43,235 nt of DNA, from the IMG/VR virus record IMGVR_UViG_3300048670_000918, positions 1 through 43,235 of that record; one strand, 5' to 3'. A program made the position numbers and the translations under genes. Below are positions 27,662 through 35,383 of the stretch, in pieces. Origin of the DNA: a virus (Duplodnaviria > Caudoviricetes). The notes beneath the pieces are model-generated. The model worked only from the letters and a program-made list of their open reading frames with translations, had not been told where the DNA came from and ran no database searches. Each line of letters opens with the position of its first letter. The stretch's first letter is position 1.

Positions 27662-28549
27662 CTAAGCTATGCAGAATGCCATTTTTTCGGCTTGAGTGTA
27701 CTTTATCCCATGGGGGAGTTTAAACCTTAGCCCGATTATGGTGTAACCCTTAGGATCACTGGGTCGATAATCTGTCAGGTCACCATCAACCACCTTAAAA
27801 GAACGTCCCAACGCGCTATTAGTGGGAGGCAAGGCTTGACCCTTTCTAAGGTTAAATGCGGCCGCTACATTAACGCCGTTAGCTATAGCTTGCGCCGCCA
27901 TCTTGACGTTTTTTCTATTGCTGGCACCATCGTAGCTAAAGGTTAGGTGATACCCGATAGAGTTACACTCAGCCCAATCATGCTTGTTTTTTGTATAGTC
28001 ATAGAGTCTAATCCTAAGCTCAGGATAATGGCTGAACATATGCGGAATGCTTTTATATACTGTCGGCACAATATAAACGCCGAACTTAACCTGCCAAACT
28101 CTAGATAATTCTGGGCTAACGGTGAATTCTAGAGTCTCCCAGAGTATATCCGACGTTCCGTTTAACCTAATAGCTAGCAACTCGTCTGGTGACAATAGGC
28201 TCCGATTGTATAAAATAGCAGTAGCAGTTAACTCTAGGAACAATTGCTGATCATCAAAAAATGCTAGGGTCTTCCTAACTCTGCAGGTTTTTTTGCCTCC
28301 CATTAAGTAAGGTATGCCAGCAAAGTGTAAACATATTTTGGCACAATTGCCAGCGTTAGGGCAAACATTTTGGCCTGAGATAATACTAGGAGCAAAGTGT
28401 AGAATTCTAGTCTCTTCTATGCTCTTCTCAGTTTTTGGGTTAATAGAAAGAGTGGTGCGGTGACTTAGGTTATGTTTTTTGCAGAATGCAGCAAGCCGAG
28501 GGGTTAACTTAGCGCGTGAATTTAGCGCGGTTTTTTGTAGGGTTGGCAT
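27662..28549 (-). CDS. GP88-like phage protein (Cys-rich, radical-SAM-like)
   Basis: CPNAGNCAKIC, IRLNGTSDI, YDYTK, YHLTFS, DGDLTDYR, IIGL.FK motifs. Confidence 0.8.
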   Translation of the reverse strand: MPTLQKTALNSRAKLTPRLAAFCKKHNLSHRTTLSINPKTEKSIEETRILHFAPSIISGQNVCPNAGNCAKICLHFAGIPYLMGGKKTCRVRKTLAFFDDQQLFLELTATAILYNRSLLSPDELLAIRLNGTSDILWETLEFTVSPELSRVWQVKFGVYIVPTVYKSIPHMFSHYPELRIRLYDYTKNKHDWAECNSIGYHLTFSYDGASNRKNVKMAAQAIANGVNVAAAFNLRKGQALPPTNSALGRSFKVVDGDLTDYRPSDPKGYTIIGLRFKLPHGIKYTQAEKMAFCIA

Positions 28550-28590
28550 CGTAGGATAAAGAATAAAGAACGGAAGGTAAAGAATAAAGC

Positions 28591-28896
28591 TTAAAAGTTT
28601 TCGCCGGGCTCATCCCATGCGACTACAGAACCGCTAACAGTTTGCCGATAAAATGTTTTTGTCGGCAATTGTGGTAGAATGGGAGAATTTGCAACCCGCG
28701 CTAGTTTTTGCAAAATTTGCTCTTTATCACCTCTGCAGATTAGAGTCCGGTGGAGTGTATGAAATGGCATAGGGTCGCAACGGTAAACAAAATAAAACCT
28801 TTTACCGTGCAAAATTTCATACTTAGCCTCCCATGTTTTTTTTGTTTTAAGCGTGAGAAAATCGCAGGCTTTATTAACTGTGGAAAATTCAATCAT
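28591..28896 (-). CDS. Hypothetical protein
   Basis: ORF upstream of the GP88-like gene; likely start ATG 28896. Confidence 0.55.
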   Translation of the reverse strand: MIEFSTVNKACDFLTLKTKKTWEAKYEILHGKRFYFVYRCDPMPFHTLHRTLICRGDKEQILQKLARVANSPILPQLPTKTFYRQTVSGSVVAWDEPGENF

Positions 28897-28932
28897 GGCG
28901 AGAAAAAAATAAAGAACGTTTTCCCGCATCGC

Positions 28933-28996
28933 TGCGGGCCTGGTGCGGGCCTGGTGGCCTTAAGCGGGCCTGGTGCGGGCCTGGTGGCCTGGTGCG
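28933..28996. repeat. GC-rich tandem repeat (GGCCTGGTG x5; 27-bp block duplicated at 30-bp spacing)
   Basis: GCGGGCCTGGTGCGGGCCTGGTGGCCT at 28934 and 28964. Confidence 0.9.
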
Positions 28997-29546
28997 CTGG
29001 TTTTCTAGGTGCGGGTCAGACCTTCGGCCCGACCTGCCAATAATGCGGCCAAAAACCGCCAACGATGCGGCCCGGTGGACGGTTATTAAGTGTCCACCGA
29101 TCGCCGCCGTTGCATTGACATATGGCAGGCCCATAGAGTACCGGCAGACAAAAACCCTCAAAATGGCGCCGATTAATAAAAAAACCGATCGCGCTCGCGC
29201 GTACCGCAGATCGGCCATTTTGTCAAGAAAACAGTTTTTTGTAGCGCGGCAAGCATCTAGACGCCTAGACGCTAGCTATAGCTTGAAACCTGCCAAAATA
29301 CTTTCTAGGTGTCCCCATACCCGGCAAGGATTAAAAGCGCTCCTAGGCGCTCCTAGGCGCCTCTCACAATTAATCAGCGCTGCTTATAATTGGCAACCAC
29401 AAAAACCGGCAAAATGCAACCACTATAAAGAATTTTTTTACAATTGCCCGCCTAGCACGTTTTTGTTGAGACTCGCGAGTCTCGTCACAATTGTTCACAG
29501 TCGATCGCCCCTAGATTCTCCCATTCTCCGATCGACAAACCGGGGG

Positions 29547-29708
29547 ATGAGAATCGCTTATATGATAAGGAATGCTGATCCACCGGACGGGATTGATCAC
29601 CATTGCTTATATGATAAGGAATGCTAATGGTTTCGGCTGGAATGATCAGAATCGCTTATATGATAAGGAATGCTGATCTAACTGCCAGGAATCATAAGGA
29701 ATGCTAAT
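29547..29708. promoter_or_regulatory. Seven LysR-type T-N11-A boxes (ATNAG-N5-CTNAT), 49-bp period
   Basis: Sites start at 29547, 29565, 29596, 29614, 29645, 29663 and 29694. Confidence 0.65.
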
Positions 29709-29766
29709 GTTACGAATTGTTACGAAATGTGAAGAAATGTTACAAAATGTTAAGAAATGTAACAAT
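29709..29766 (+). promoter_or_regulatory. Six HLR1-like (RpaB/OmpR-type) half-sites at exact 10-bp period
   Basis: GTTACGAA, GTTACGAA, GTGAAGAA, GTTACAAA, GTTAAGAA, GTAACAAT, each separated by 2 bp. Confidence 0.65.
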
Positions 29767-29800
29767 AGTACAAATGTACTACTATTAGTACAAATGTACC
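29767..29800. promoter_or_regulatory. Two cyanobacterial-type LexA boxes
   Basis: AGTACAAATGTACT (29767-29780) and AGTACAAATGTACC (29787-29800) both fit RGTACNNNDGTWCB. Confidence 0.75.
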
Positions 29801-29803
29801 ATT

Positions 29804-29822
29804 GGGAATGAAAATCATTCTT
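29804..29822. promoter_or_regulatory. Fur-family box
   Basis: GGGAATGAAAATCATTCTT matches GATAATGATAATCATTATC at 14/19, with palindromic core GAATGA-AAA-TCATTC. Confidence 0.55.
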
Positions 29823-29824
29823 AC

Positions 29825-29933
29825 TATACGCCTCCAGCCGGACCCTATACGCCTCTAGCCGGGTCTTATAGGCTTCTGGCCGGGTCCAAGATAGGCCGCT
29901 AGCCGGACCCAAGATAGGCTTCTGGCCGGATCT
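29825..29933. repeat. Five imperfect 21-23 bp tandem repeats (iteron-like)
   Basis: Units TATACGCCTCCAGCCGGACCC and variants start at 29825, 29846, 29867, 29890 and 29913. Confidence 0.9.
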
Positions 29934-30088
29934 CACCATCCTTTTCCATTGTTCGCCGCTTGAGCGGCTTTTTCTGCGTCTTCATACGGGCCTCCCACAT
30001 TATCGCCATCGTCTTCATACCAGTACCAGCCTTCTACTAGTTCAGTGCCCTTGCAGCAGGCTTCAGTGAAGAAATCAATGAGGATCAT
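29933..30088 (-). CDS. Hypothetical protein (51 aa)
   Basis: MILIDFFTEACCKGTELVEGWYWYEDDG...GGPYE; ATGA overlap with the upstream gene. Confidence 0.65.
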   Translation of the reverse strand: MILIDFFTEACCKGTELVEGWYWYEDDGDNVGGPYEDAEKAAQAANNGKGW

Positions 30089-30447
30089 GCTGCCCTCTGC
30101 AACCGTGCCACTGCCATTGCGAAAGTCTTAGGAGAACGCCCTCCTGGTCGCTTTAGCTCATAGCCATCATGGTCAACAATGGTGTCACCAGCACTGTCTA
30201 CGTGCCCTTCCAGCTCTCGCTCCCACAAGCCCCTGCAGGAGCCTTCTGCATCGAAGATGGCAATGGTGTCTTCACGGTCTTCCATGGCCAGCCTCACGTG
30301 GCGCAGAATATCGCTGACGCTCGTCGCCTGGTAGCTCATGGTCGTGGCCCCAAAATAAGGGCCATTATCTTGATAAGTGCGAACGGTAGTCATAAAAGAA
30401 GAAGCAATGGCGAGGGAATGGTCTTTAATGAACGAAGAAGTCATCAA
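30085..30447 (-). CDS. Hypothetical protein
   Basis: ORF in the early-type minus-strand cluster; start may be the internal ATG (MTTVRTY). Confidence 0.65.
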   Translation of the reverse strand: MMTSSFIKDHSLAIASSFMTTVRTYQDNGPYFGATTMSYQATSVSDILRHVRLAMEDREDTIAIFDAEGSCRGLWERELEGHVDSAGDTIVDHDGYELKRPGGRSPKTFAMAVARLQRAA

Positions 30448-30632
30448 TCGTCTCCAATAATACGAAAATCAGGATCATTGTCCTTTTTAATCCATCGACA
30501 CTGATTAGTGCCAGGAATTACGATAAACATCTTGTCATGGTGGTTTTGTTCTACTATTGCCATTGTTAGCTTTTTACCAATGCGGCTTTTGCCTTTGTCG
30601 CTGATAGCGATGATGTTGATAGCGTCTTGCAT
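30444..30632 (-). CDS. Hypothetical protein
   Basis: MQDAINIIAISDKGKSRIG...WIKKDNDPDF; likely start ATG 30632. Confidence 0.65.
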   Translation of the reverse strand: MQDAINIIAISDKGKSRIGKKLTMAIVEQNHHDKMFIVIPGTNQCRWIKKDNDPDFRIIGDD

Positions 30633-30698
30633 GGTTTTGAAGGCAACGAAGGAAGAATAAAGGAAGGAGGGGCCTTGGGGGCCTCTTGGTGACAATGC

Positions 30699-31079
30699 TT
30701 AACAGAAAGCAGTGCGACCATTGGAATAGGCAAACCATTCTTGCTTGCCTTTGCTGGCTTCCCTGGTCAGAGCCTCCCACTTTTCTGGCAGCTCTTCAGT
30801 CTCAATAATGGTGCCTGCTGGCACTTGGATGGGGCCGTTCAGGGTGGAAATGGTCCACTGGTCTGCCACGGGGCCATTGAGGTACCAAGTTTTGCAGACG
30901 TGCAGCAAGCCATTCATTTCAAGCTTGCGGGGATTGGCAGCGCCCATGCGCACCTGGATGGGGAAAGGCTCGTGCCAAGCAGGCACGGTGACAGTGAGGC
31001 TAATGGTGTTGAGCCCGTTGAATGCCGTGTAGGTGTCAGCGGTGGTGAGCTGCTCGACTGTGTGATTGATGCGGGTCAT
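30699..31079 (-). CDS. Hypothetical protein
   Basis: Start ATG 31079 downstream of a promoter and 5' hairpin. Confidence 0.7.
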   Translation of the reverse strand: MTRINHTVEQLTTADTYTAFNGLNTISLTVTVPAWHEPFPIQVRMGAANPRKLEMNGLLHVCKTWYLNGPVADQWTISTLNGPIQVPAGTIIETEELPEKWEALTREASKGKQEWFAYSNGRTAFC

Positions 31080-31097
31080 GGTTTTGAAGCTGGTGGA

Positions 31098-31149
31098 GAG
31101 CCTCTCGGCCCGTTGAAAGAACAATAAGCTCAAGCGAGACAGAAGTCAA
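31098..31149 (-). promoter_or_regulatory. Sigma70-type promoter with 5' GAGA-tetraloop hairpin
   Basis: TTGACT-N17-TATTGT followed by GGGCC-GAGA-GGCTC. Confidence 0.75.
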
Positions 31150-31691
31150 GCTTTCCAGGCAAATTCGGTCATAGAAGCAGGGGCCAGGCCAGTGAAGCGT
31201 TGAAAAGCAGCAAGGGCAGCTTCAGAGTGGCCGCCAATGTGCCACTGGTATTCGCCTTTGGGGGTGGAGGCTTGCTTCCAATCGTAGACAGTGAAGGATT
31301 CGCCGTTTTCCAGCTTCCAGCACCACTGCACAGTGATTTTGTCACATTCATATTCATGGGGCTTGCCCATGGTGGCGACAAGTGCTGCGAAGGTGGTTTT
31401 GACGTAGCCCTGAAGGCTGGTTCCCCATGGTTCGCCTTCGGAAGCAACAGCAATGGGGAGAAGCTTGGCGGCAGGGGCGGGAACAGGGGGCAGGCGGTAG
31501 GCCCCTCGCACATAGGCGCGGATCGTGGCCAGATTTGAGTCAATAATCGTGCCGCCTCCGCTCAAGGCTTCAGTAGTCCAGCCAAATGCGAGATGGCAGC
31601 ACCAACCATCGGGGCAGCGCTCCAATGATTCAACGCCGGGCATGGCCAGGATGGCGGCGGCGGCTTTGGGCAGCAGTTTGAAAACGGTCAT
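31146..31691 (-). CDS. Hypothetical protein (two domains, Pro/Ala linker)
   Basis: GTSLQGYV...G.P...DK...W...FTVYDWK...WHIGG; start ATG 31691. Confidence 0.7.
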   Translation of the reverse strand: MTVFKLLPKAAAAILAMPGVESLERCPDGWCCHLAFGWTTEALSGGGTIIDSNLATIRAYVRGAYRLPPVPAPAAKLLPIAVASEGEPWGTSLQGYVKTTFAALVATMGKPHEYECDKITVQWCWKLENGESFTVYDWKQASTPKGEYQWHIGGHSEAALAAFQRFTGLAPASMTEFAWKA

Positions 31692-31708
31692 GGTCTGAAG
31701 GGGGTGGT

Positions 31709-31766
31709 GAGGCTCTCGCCTCGTTGAAATAACAATAAGCCAGAAAGGGGCCGTTACCGGCCCCTC
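31709..31766 (-). promoter_or_regulatory. Terminator-like hairpin, then -10 and 5' GAGA hairpin
   Basis: AGGGGCC-GGTAAC-GGCCCCT-TT, then TATTGT (31732-31737), then GAGGC-GAGA-GCCTC (31709-31722). Confidence 0.7.
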
Positions 31767-31789
31767 CATTGATGATCTTTGCTTATGGC

Positions 31790-32791
31790 TCAGACTAATG
31801 CCAGAGAGTGAGCCTTGGCGATGGTGGTGGCTCCAGTGCCCCAGTAAAGGCTCTCCAGCCTCTGGCGGGCAGCATCAGTGGAATCAATGGCACGGCCAGC
31901 ATCATGGGAGAAATACTCTGTGATGGCCTGGTAGGCACCCCACATGGTTCCCTGCACGCCAGGAATGTCAAAGCCAATTCCTTCGCCATGGAACTTATTT
32001 GCCACGCTGTCCCAAGCAGTGAGGTCTTCCAGCTTTTTAGGACGAGCGGAAGCCTTGTCGCCTCGCTTGTCGTTGGTGGTGCCAACTAGCTGATCAGCAA
32101 ACACGCCTTCGCAATACTGACGGAACAAAGCAGCAGTACAGGGCTTTGCAGCCATTGCTTCTAACTCTTCAATGCCAGCAGTGAATTGCTGACGCTGCAT
32201 GTCAATGATTGAAGGGAGATGATCAATCAAAGAGTTGGCATTTTTGGTGTGACGAATGCGCATCTTTTTAGTGGATGCACCAGCAGCAGCACGGCCTAGA
32301 GCATACGAAAGCGTGTTTTGACACACCACACGGATGGGACTAAACATCACTTGGAAGGCGATTGTGCCATCGTGAGAAGTGCATCCAACAAGGTATTGGT
32401 GAATGGTGTCACCAGGCAGCACGTCAGCTTCGGAGTTGTTCACTTTTGCAGTGAATGCAACCTTGCGGCCTTCGTTAAGCACTACCACGGCATCCATCGT
32501 TGCATCTTCATGCAGGGCTTCTGCCACCCTGATTAGCTGCTCGTTTTGAACAATGGAATAGCTTTCGCTTTGAATGGAAAGCACGTTGCCAGTGTCGCCG
32601 CGAGTGATGGCTTGGTAGCCAGGAATGGGGAGGCCAGCAGGATCAAACACGGGGGTGCTGATGGTGCTCCAGTCGGCGTTGGCAGTAGCGAAAGCTTCGC
32701 GAGCGGGCTGGGTGCCATCGAGAACAGTGCCAAGCTTGTGCCAGGCGGGCTCGTTGTTGAAGAAAACGCCGGAGGTGAATTGGTGGCTCAT
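31790..32791 (-). CDS. DUF932 family phage/plasmid protein
   Basis: PAWHKLG, Y.IVQN, SHDGT, PIRVVCQNTL, IRHT, GTMWGAYQAITEY..H motifs; start ATG 32791. Confidence 0.9.
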   Translation of the reverse strand: MSHQFTSGVFFNNEPAWHKLGTVLDGTQPAREAFATANADWSTISTPVFDPAGLPIPGYQAITRGDTGNVLSIQSESYSIVQNEQLIRVAEALHEDATMDAVVVLNEGRKVAFTAKVNNSEADVLPGDTIHQYLVGCTSHDGTIAFQVMFSPIRVVCQNTLSYALGRAAAGASTKKMRIRHTKNANSLIDHLPSIIDMQRQQFTAGIEELEAMAAKPCTAALFRQYCEGVFADQLVGTTNDKRGDKASARPKKLEDLTAWDSVANKFHGEGIGFDIPGVQGTMWGAYQAITEYFSHDAGRAIDSTDAARQRLESLYWGTGATTIAKAHSLALV

Positions 32792-32822
32792 GACTTTGAA
32801 GGAAAGTTGGCTGACAAAAAGA

Positions 32823-32851
32823 AAATTAGCTGGTTTCGGGCCTAAAGTCAA
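32823..32851 (-). promoter_or_regulatory. Sigma70-type promoter
   Basis: TTGACT-N17-TAATTT upstream of the DUF932 gene. Confidence 0.6.
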
Positions 32852-32873
32852 GCCCGTTTGCAAAACTTCACGA

Positions 32874-33134
32874 TCAGCGCTGCTGCTCGCAGATGCCAAA
32901 GAGCATCTCGCCCACGTACTCATGAGCAGCGCGAAGCTTGCTGAATGCAGCATCACGTTCTGCACGAGCCTGTGAGTAGGCAGCAGGCCCTTGCACGTAG
33001 AAATCCCGACCATTTAGCTCAGCTTTTGCCAGAGCATCCATAGCCTTGTCGATGGCATGGTAAGCATCGGCATAGCCGTCGCGCAGATCATTGAAGCTGG
33101 TGCCGTTGAGATGGACGGTGGGAACGGTTGCCAT
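32874..33134 (-). CDS. Hypothetical protein
   Basis: PTVHLNGTS...NGRDFYVQG; start ATG 33134 after the repeated promoter hairpin. Confidence 0.75.
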   Translation of the reverse strand: MATVPTVHLNGTSFNDLRDGYADAYHAIDKAMDALAKAELNGRDFYVQGPAAYSQARAERDAAFSKLRAAHEYVGEMLFGICEQQR

Positions 33135-33152
33135 GGAAAGGAAGCAAGTGGT

Positions 33153-33180
33153 GAGGCTCTCGCCTCGTGAGCCAATAATA
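33153..33180 (-). promoter_or_regulatory. -10 element plus 5' GAGA hairpin
   Basis: TATTAT (33175-33180), then GAGGC-GAGA-GCCTC (33153-33166). Confidence 0.7.
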
Positions 33181-33235
33181 CGTGCAAAGGCGCCCATTTT
33201 TAGGCGCCAGCGGGAATCTTCACACTCTGTAACAA

Positions 33236-33424
33236 TTAATCGAGAGGCATGGAAGCGCCTCCCACCACGCGAAACCTTCTATTGGTGAAGATCCTGCGCA
33301 AGCTTTCAGCCTTGAGCCTGATGGCAGCTTCGTCGTCGCTGGTGTCCATGTGGTGGTATTTACCATCCACCCAGCTCCAAAGGCTCCAGACGTTTTGATT
33401 AGGGCGATCAAGAAGAGCAGGCAT
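33236..33424 (-). CDS. Hypothetical protein
   Basis: 62 aa ORF in operon position. Confidence 0.55.
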   Translation of the reverse strand: MPALLDRPNQNVWSLWSWVDGKYHHMDTSDDEAAIRLKAESLRRIFTNRRFRVVGGASMPLD

Positions 33425-33426
33425 GA

Positions 33427-34017
33427 TTAGGCTCTTACCATTACGGGCAGCAGTAGGAACTGAAGAGCAAGATCGTCCATGCTGGTGGTCAGAAGCATGG
33501 CAGAAGTTGCAGAATCAGCTAAATGCATTTTCATTAGTCCATTGTTTGAAAACTTAGCCACGGTATCACAAATGATGCGCATGTAGTCAGCGTTCATTGT
33601 TACGGGAGCTGCCGGAGCATTATCCATACTGGCTGGATCTGGCCAAAGACTATCAAAATGACCAGGGAATGACCATTCGCTTTCATGGCAAGGACGAGTT
33701 TCAAGCATTTCCATTGCATTTTTTTTGCCGCCAATAAACCTTGCTTCTTCATCGCCAATAATTACTTTTTGAGCATAATTTACTTTCTTCTTGAAGGTGA
33801 TGGCAGGAAGCAATAACTCGTCGTCGCCCATGAAGCATGATTCCCCGTAGGGTACTAAACAACGAAATGCAAAATGCCCATTAGTGCTAGCCACTCTGAT
33901 ACCATTGTCTCTTTGTTGCAAATGAATGCAAGTAATACCTTCTTTGAAGGAATCGTAATGAACAAATTGTGCAGCCATGTGCATGACAATGGCGGGAAGC
34001 TTGGTGAGGGTGGTCAT
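33427..34017 (-). CDS. Hypothetical protein, possibly beta-clamp-like fold
   Basis: VASTNGH...FP...W.P...MNADY resembles the DnaN middle domain (VATDGHRL...FP...FN..Y). Confidence 0.45.
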   Translation of the reverse strand: MTTLTKLPAIVMHMAAQFVHYDSFKEGITCIHLQQRDNGIRVASTNGHFAFRCLVPYGESCFMGDDELLLPAITFKKKVNYAQKVIIGDEEARFIGGKKNAMEMLETRPCHESEWSFPGHFDSLWPDPASMDNAPAAPVTMNADYMRIICDTVAKFSNNGLMKMHLADSATSAMLLTTSMDDLALQFLLLPVMVRA

Positions 34018-34285
34018 GGTATTAACAGTGGAAGACTAAGAAGAGCAGGTATGACGGAAAATAGTTGGGGACTTACAAGAAAAATGTACTTACTACGGGC
34101 CTATCGCGCTATGTCCACGCTGTAACCACCCGTAGTCTTCAATGAGACCCTGTACAAAATAGAGGCTAAGATAGCAATTAGTGGAACAACTGCTAGTAAT
34201 CCACCACTTGGCACGAGTAGTGGTAAGCATATTTAGGGAGCACACAGTTAGGAGGGTGCTTGGCCCTCCCTCTCTGCCCCATTGA

Positions 34286-34582
34286 TTAACAGTAAACAGT
34301 GGTGCCGTTTGCTTTGATGCTTACCACGCGCTCGCAGTCAAAGGAGCGCCAGGCGCCTTGACCTTCCTTGCGAGCAATGGAGAAATCACGGCAACGGACG
34401 ATGGAGGGATTCTTGCTGGGAGTGCCAGTGCCTTTCACCTCCTTGGTATCCCTAGGGTTGAATTGCAGGGAGCGGATGGTGCCATCAAGCTTTCGGAACT
34501 CCACAGAGACGATGCTGCTGCCAGCGTTGAAGATGAAGCGCTTGATGAAGGAAGTCTTGTCGGAAGTGATGAGGGTGCTCAT
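34286..34582 (-). CDS. Small SH3/WYL-like beta-barrel protein
   Basis: SVEFRKLDGTIR...WRSFD pattern. Confidence 0.65.
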   Translation of the reverse strand: MSTLITSDKTSFIKRFIFNAGSSIVSVEFRKLDGTIRSLQFNPRDTKEVKGTGTPSKNPSIVRCRDFSIARKEGQGAWRSFDCERVVSIKANGTTVYC

Positions 34583-34598
34583 AAGAAGAAGAAGAGGA

Positions 34599-34627
34599 GA
34601 GGCTCTCGCCTCGTTGAAGGAACAATA
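34599..34627 (-). promoter_or_regulatory. -10 element plus 5' GAGA hairpin
   Basis: TATTGT (34622-34627), then GAGGC-GAGA-GCCTC (34599-34612). Confidence 0.7.
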
Positions 34628-34635
34628 GTTTGGAC

Positions 34636-34812
34636 TCAGCCCTCGTCAGGGGCTTGTTCATACTCTGTAACAATGTCCTGGAGGGTGTCGGCCAGCCCTT
34701 CCAAGCCGCGAGCGCCATCGTCGATGGAATTCAACACGCCTTCCAGCGCCCATCTGGCATCTTCAACGGTTTCAATGTCTAGCTCTTGGTCGCCGTGGAC
34801 AACAGTGATCAT
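34636..34812 (-). CDS. Hypothetical acidic protein (58 aa)
   Basis: MITVVHGDQELDIETVEDARWALEGVLNSID...; translated by eye. Confidence 0.6.
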   Translation of the reverse strand: MITVVHGDQELDIETVEDARWALEGVLNSIDDGARGLEGLADTLQDIVTEYEQAPDEG

Positions 34813-34861
34813 GGTGGTCTTGTAAGGGACATGCCATTATTGCCTGTACCATCGCCCCCTG

Positions 34862-35065
34862 TCAACCCTGGAGCCCCTTTACGAAGAATTGTGACAGACG
34901 ACTTAGGCGAAGCCTGTCAGGAGCTACAAATTGTTGTGATTTTGTGCCGAGGTTCTGAATCTTAATCAGCTCAAAGTTACTTTTCTGTGCCACCACTTTG
35001 TATTGCCCACGCCAGCCGAATAAGCCGTCGTTGAAGTCAACAATGGTGCCAACGGGAAAAGTCAA
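34862..35065 (-). CDS. Hypothetical protein
   Basis: 67 aa, SH3-like pattern FPVGTIV...WRG.Y.V. Confidence 0.6.
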   Translation of the reverse strand: MTFPVGTIVDFNDGLFGWRGQYKVVAQKSNFELIKIQNLGTKSQQFVAPDRLRLSRLSQFFVKGLQG

Positions 35066-35262
35066 TTAGCACCTAAATATGTGATGGCGCAATATCTTTG
35101 CGGATGTAGCTGTATGCACTTGTCGTAGGCTAATGCGTCTTTTGCGGGAGCTGGAGTGCTGATAATGCTGGCGCCAATAATTAGAGAGAAGCCTGCCGCA
35201 ATTGAGAAAAATGCAGTAGCTGAAGAAATGTCGCGCATGGGAGGGGTGGAAGTTAAGAGCAC
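35062..35262 (-). CDS. Small membrane/secreted protein
   Basis: Hydrophobic N-terminal stretch and C-terminal C...HP.RYC. Confidence 0.6.
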   Translation of the reverse strand: MLLTSTPPMRDISSATAFFSIAAGFSLIIGASIISTPAPAKDALAYDKCIQLHPQRYCAITYLGAN

Positions 35263-35383
35263 ATTACAACATGAACCGGACCCTGCGACATGCTCGTTAC
35301 TTTTTGCAATAATACGCTGGCCGGTTCCCAGAAAAAAGCGCCCCCTCCAGCCGAAAGGGACGCCACAGATATTTCACTACGAA

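Noticed and set aside
29474-29489. CRP-like site CGCGA-N6-TCACA
   Set aside because: Single 8/10 match nested in another palindrome; plausible by chance.
29759-29771. NtcA site
   Set aside because: Spacing is GTA-N7-TAC, not GTA-N8-TAC.
29547-29933. CRISPR array
   Set aside because: Repeats are tandem or degenerate with no unique ~30-40 bp spacers, and there are no cas genes.
28889-29939. ORFs of 109, 211 and 97 aa across the repeat region
   Set aside because: Low-complexity, repeat-derived translations with no protein-like motifs.
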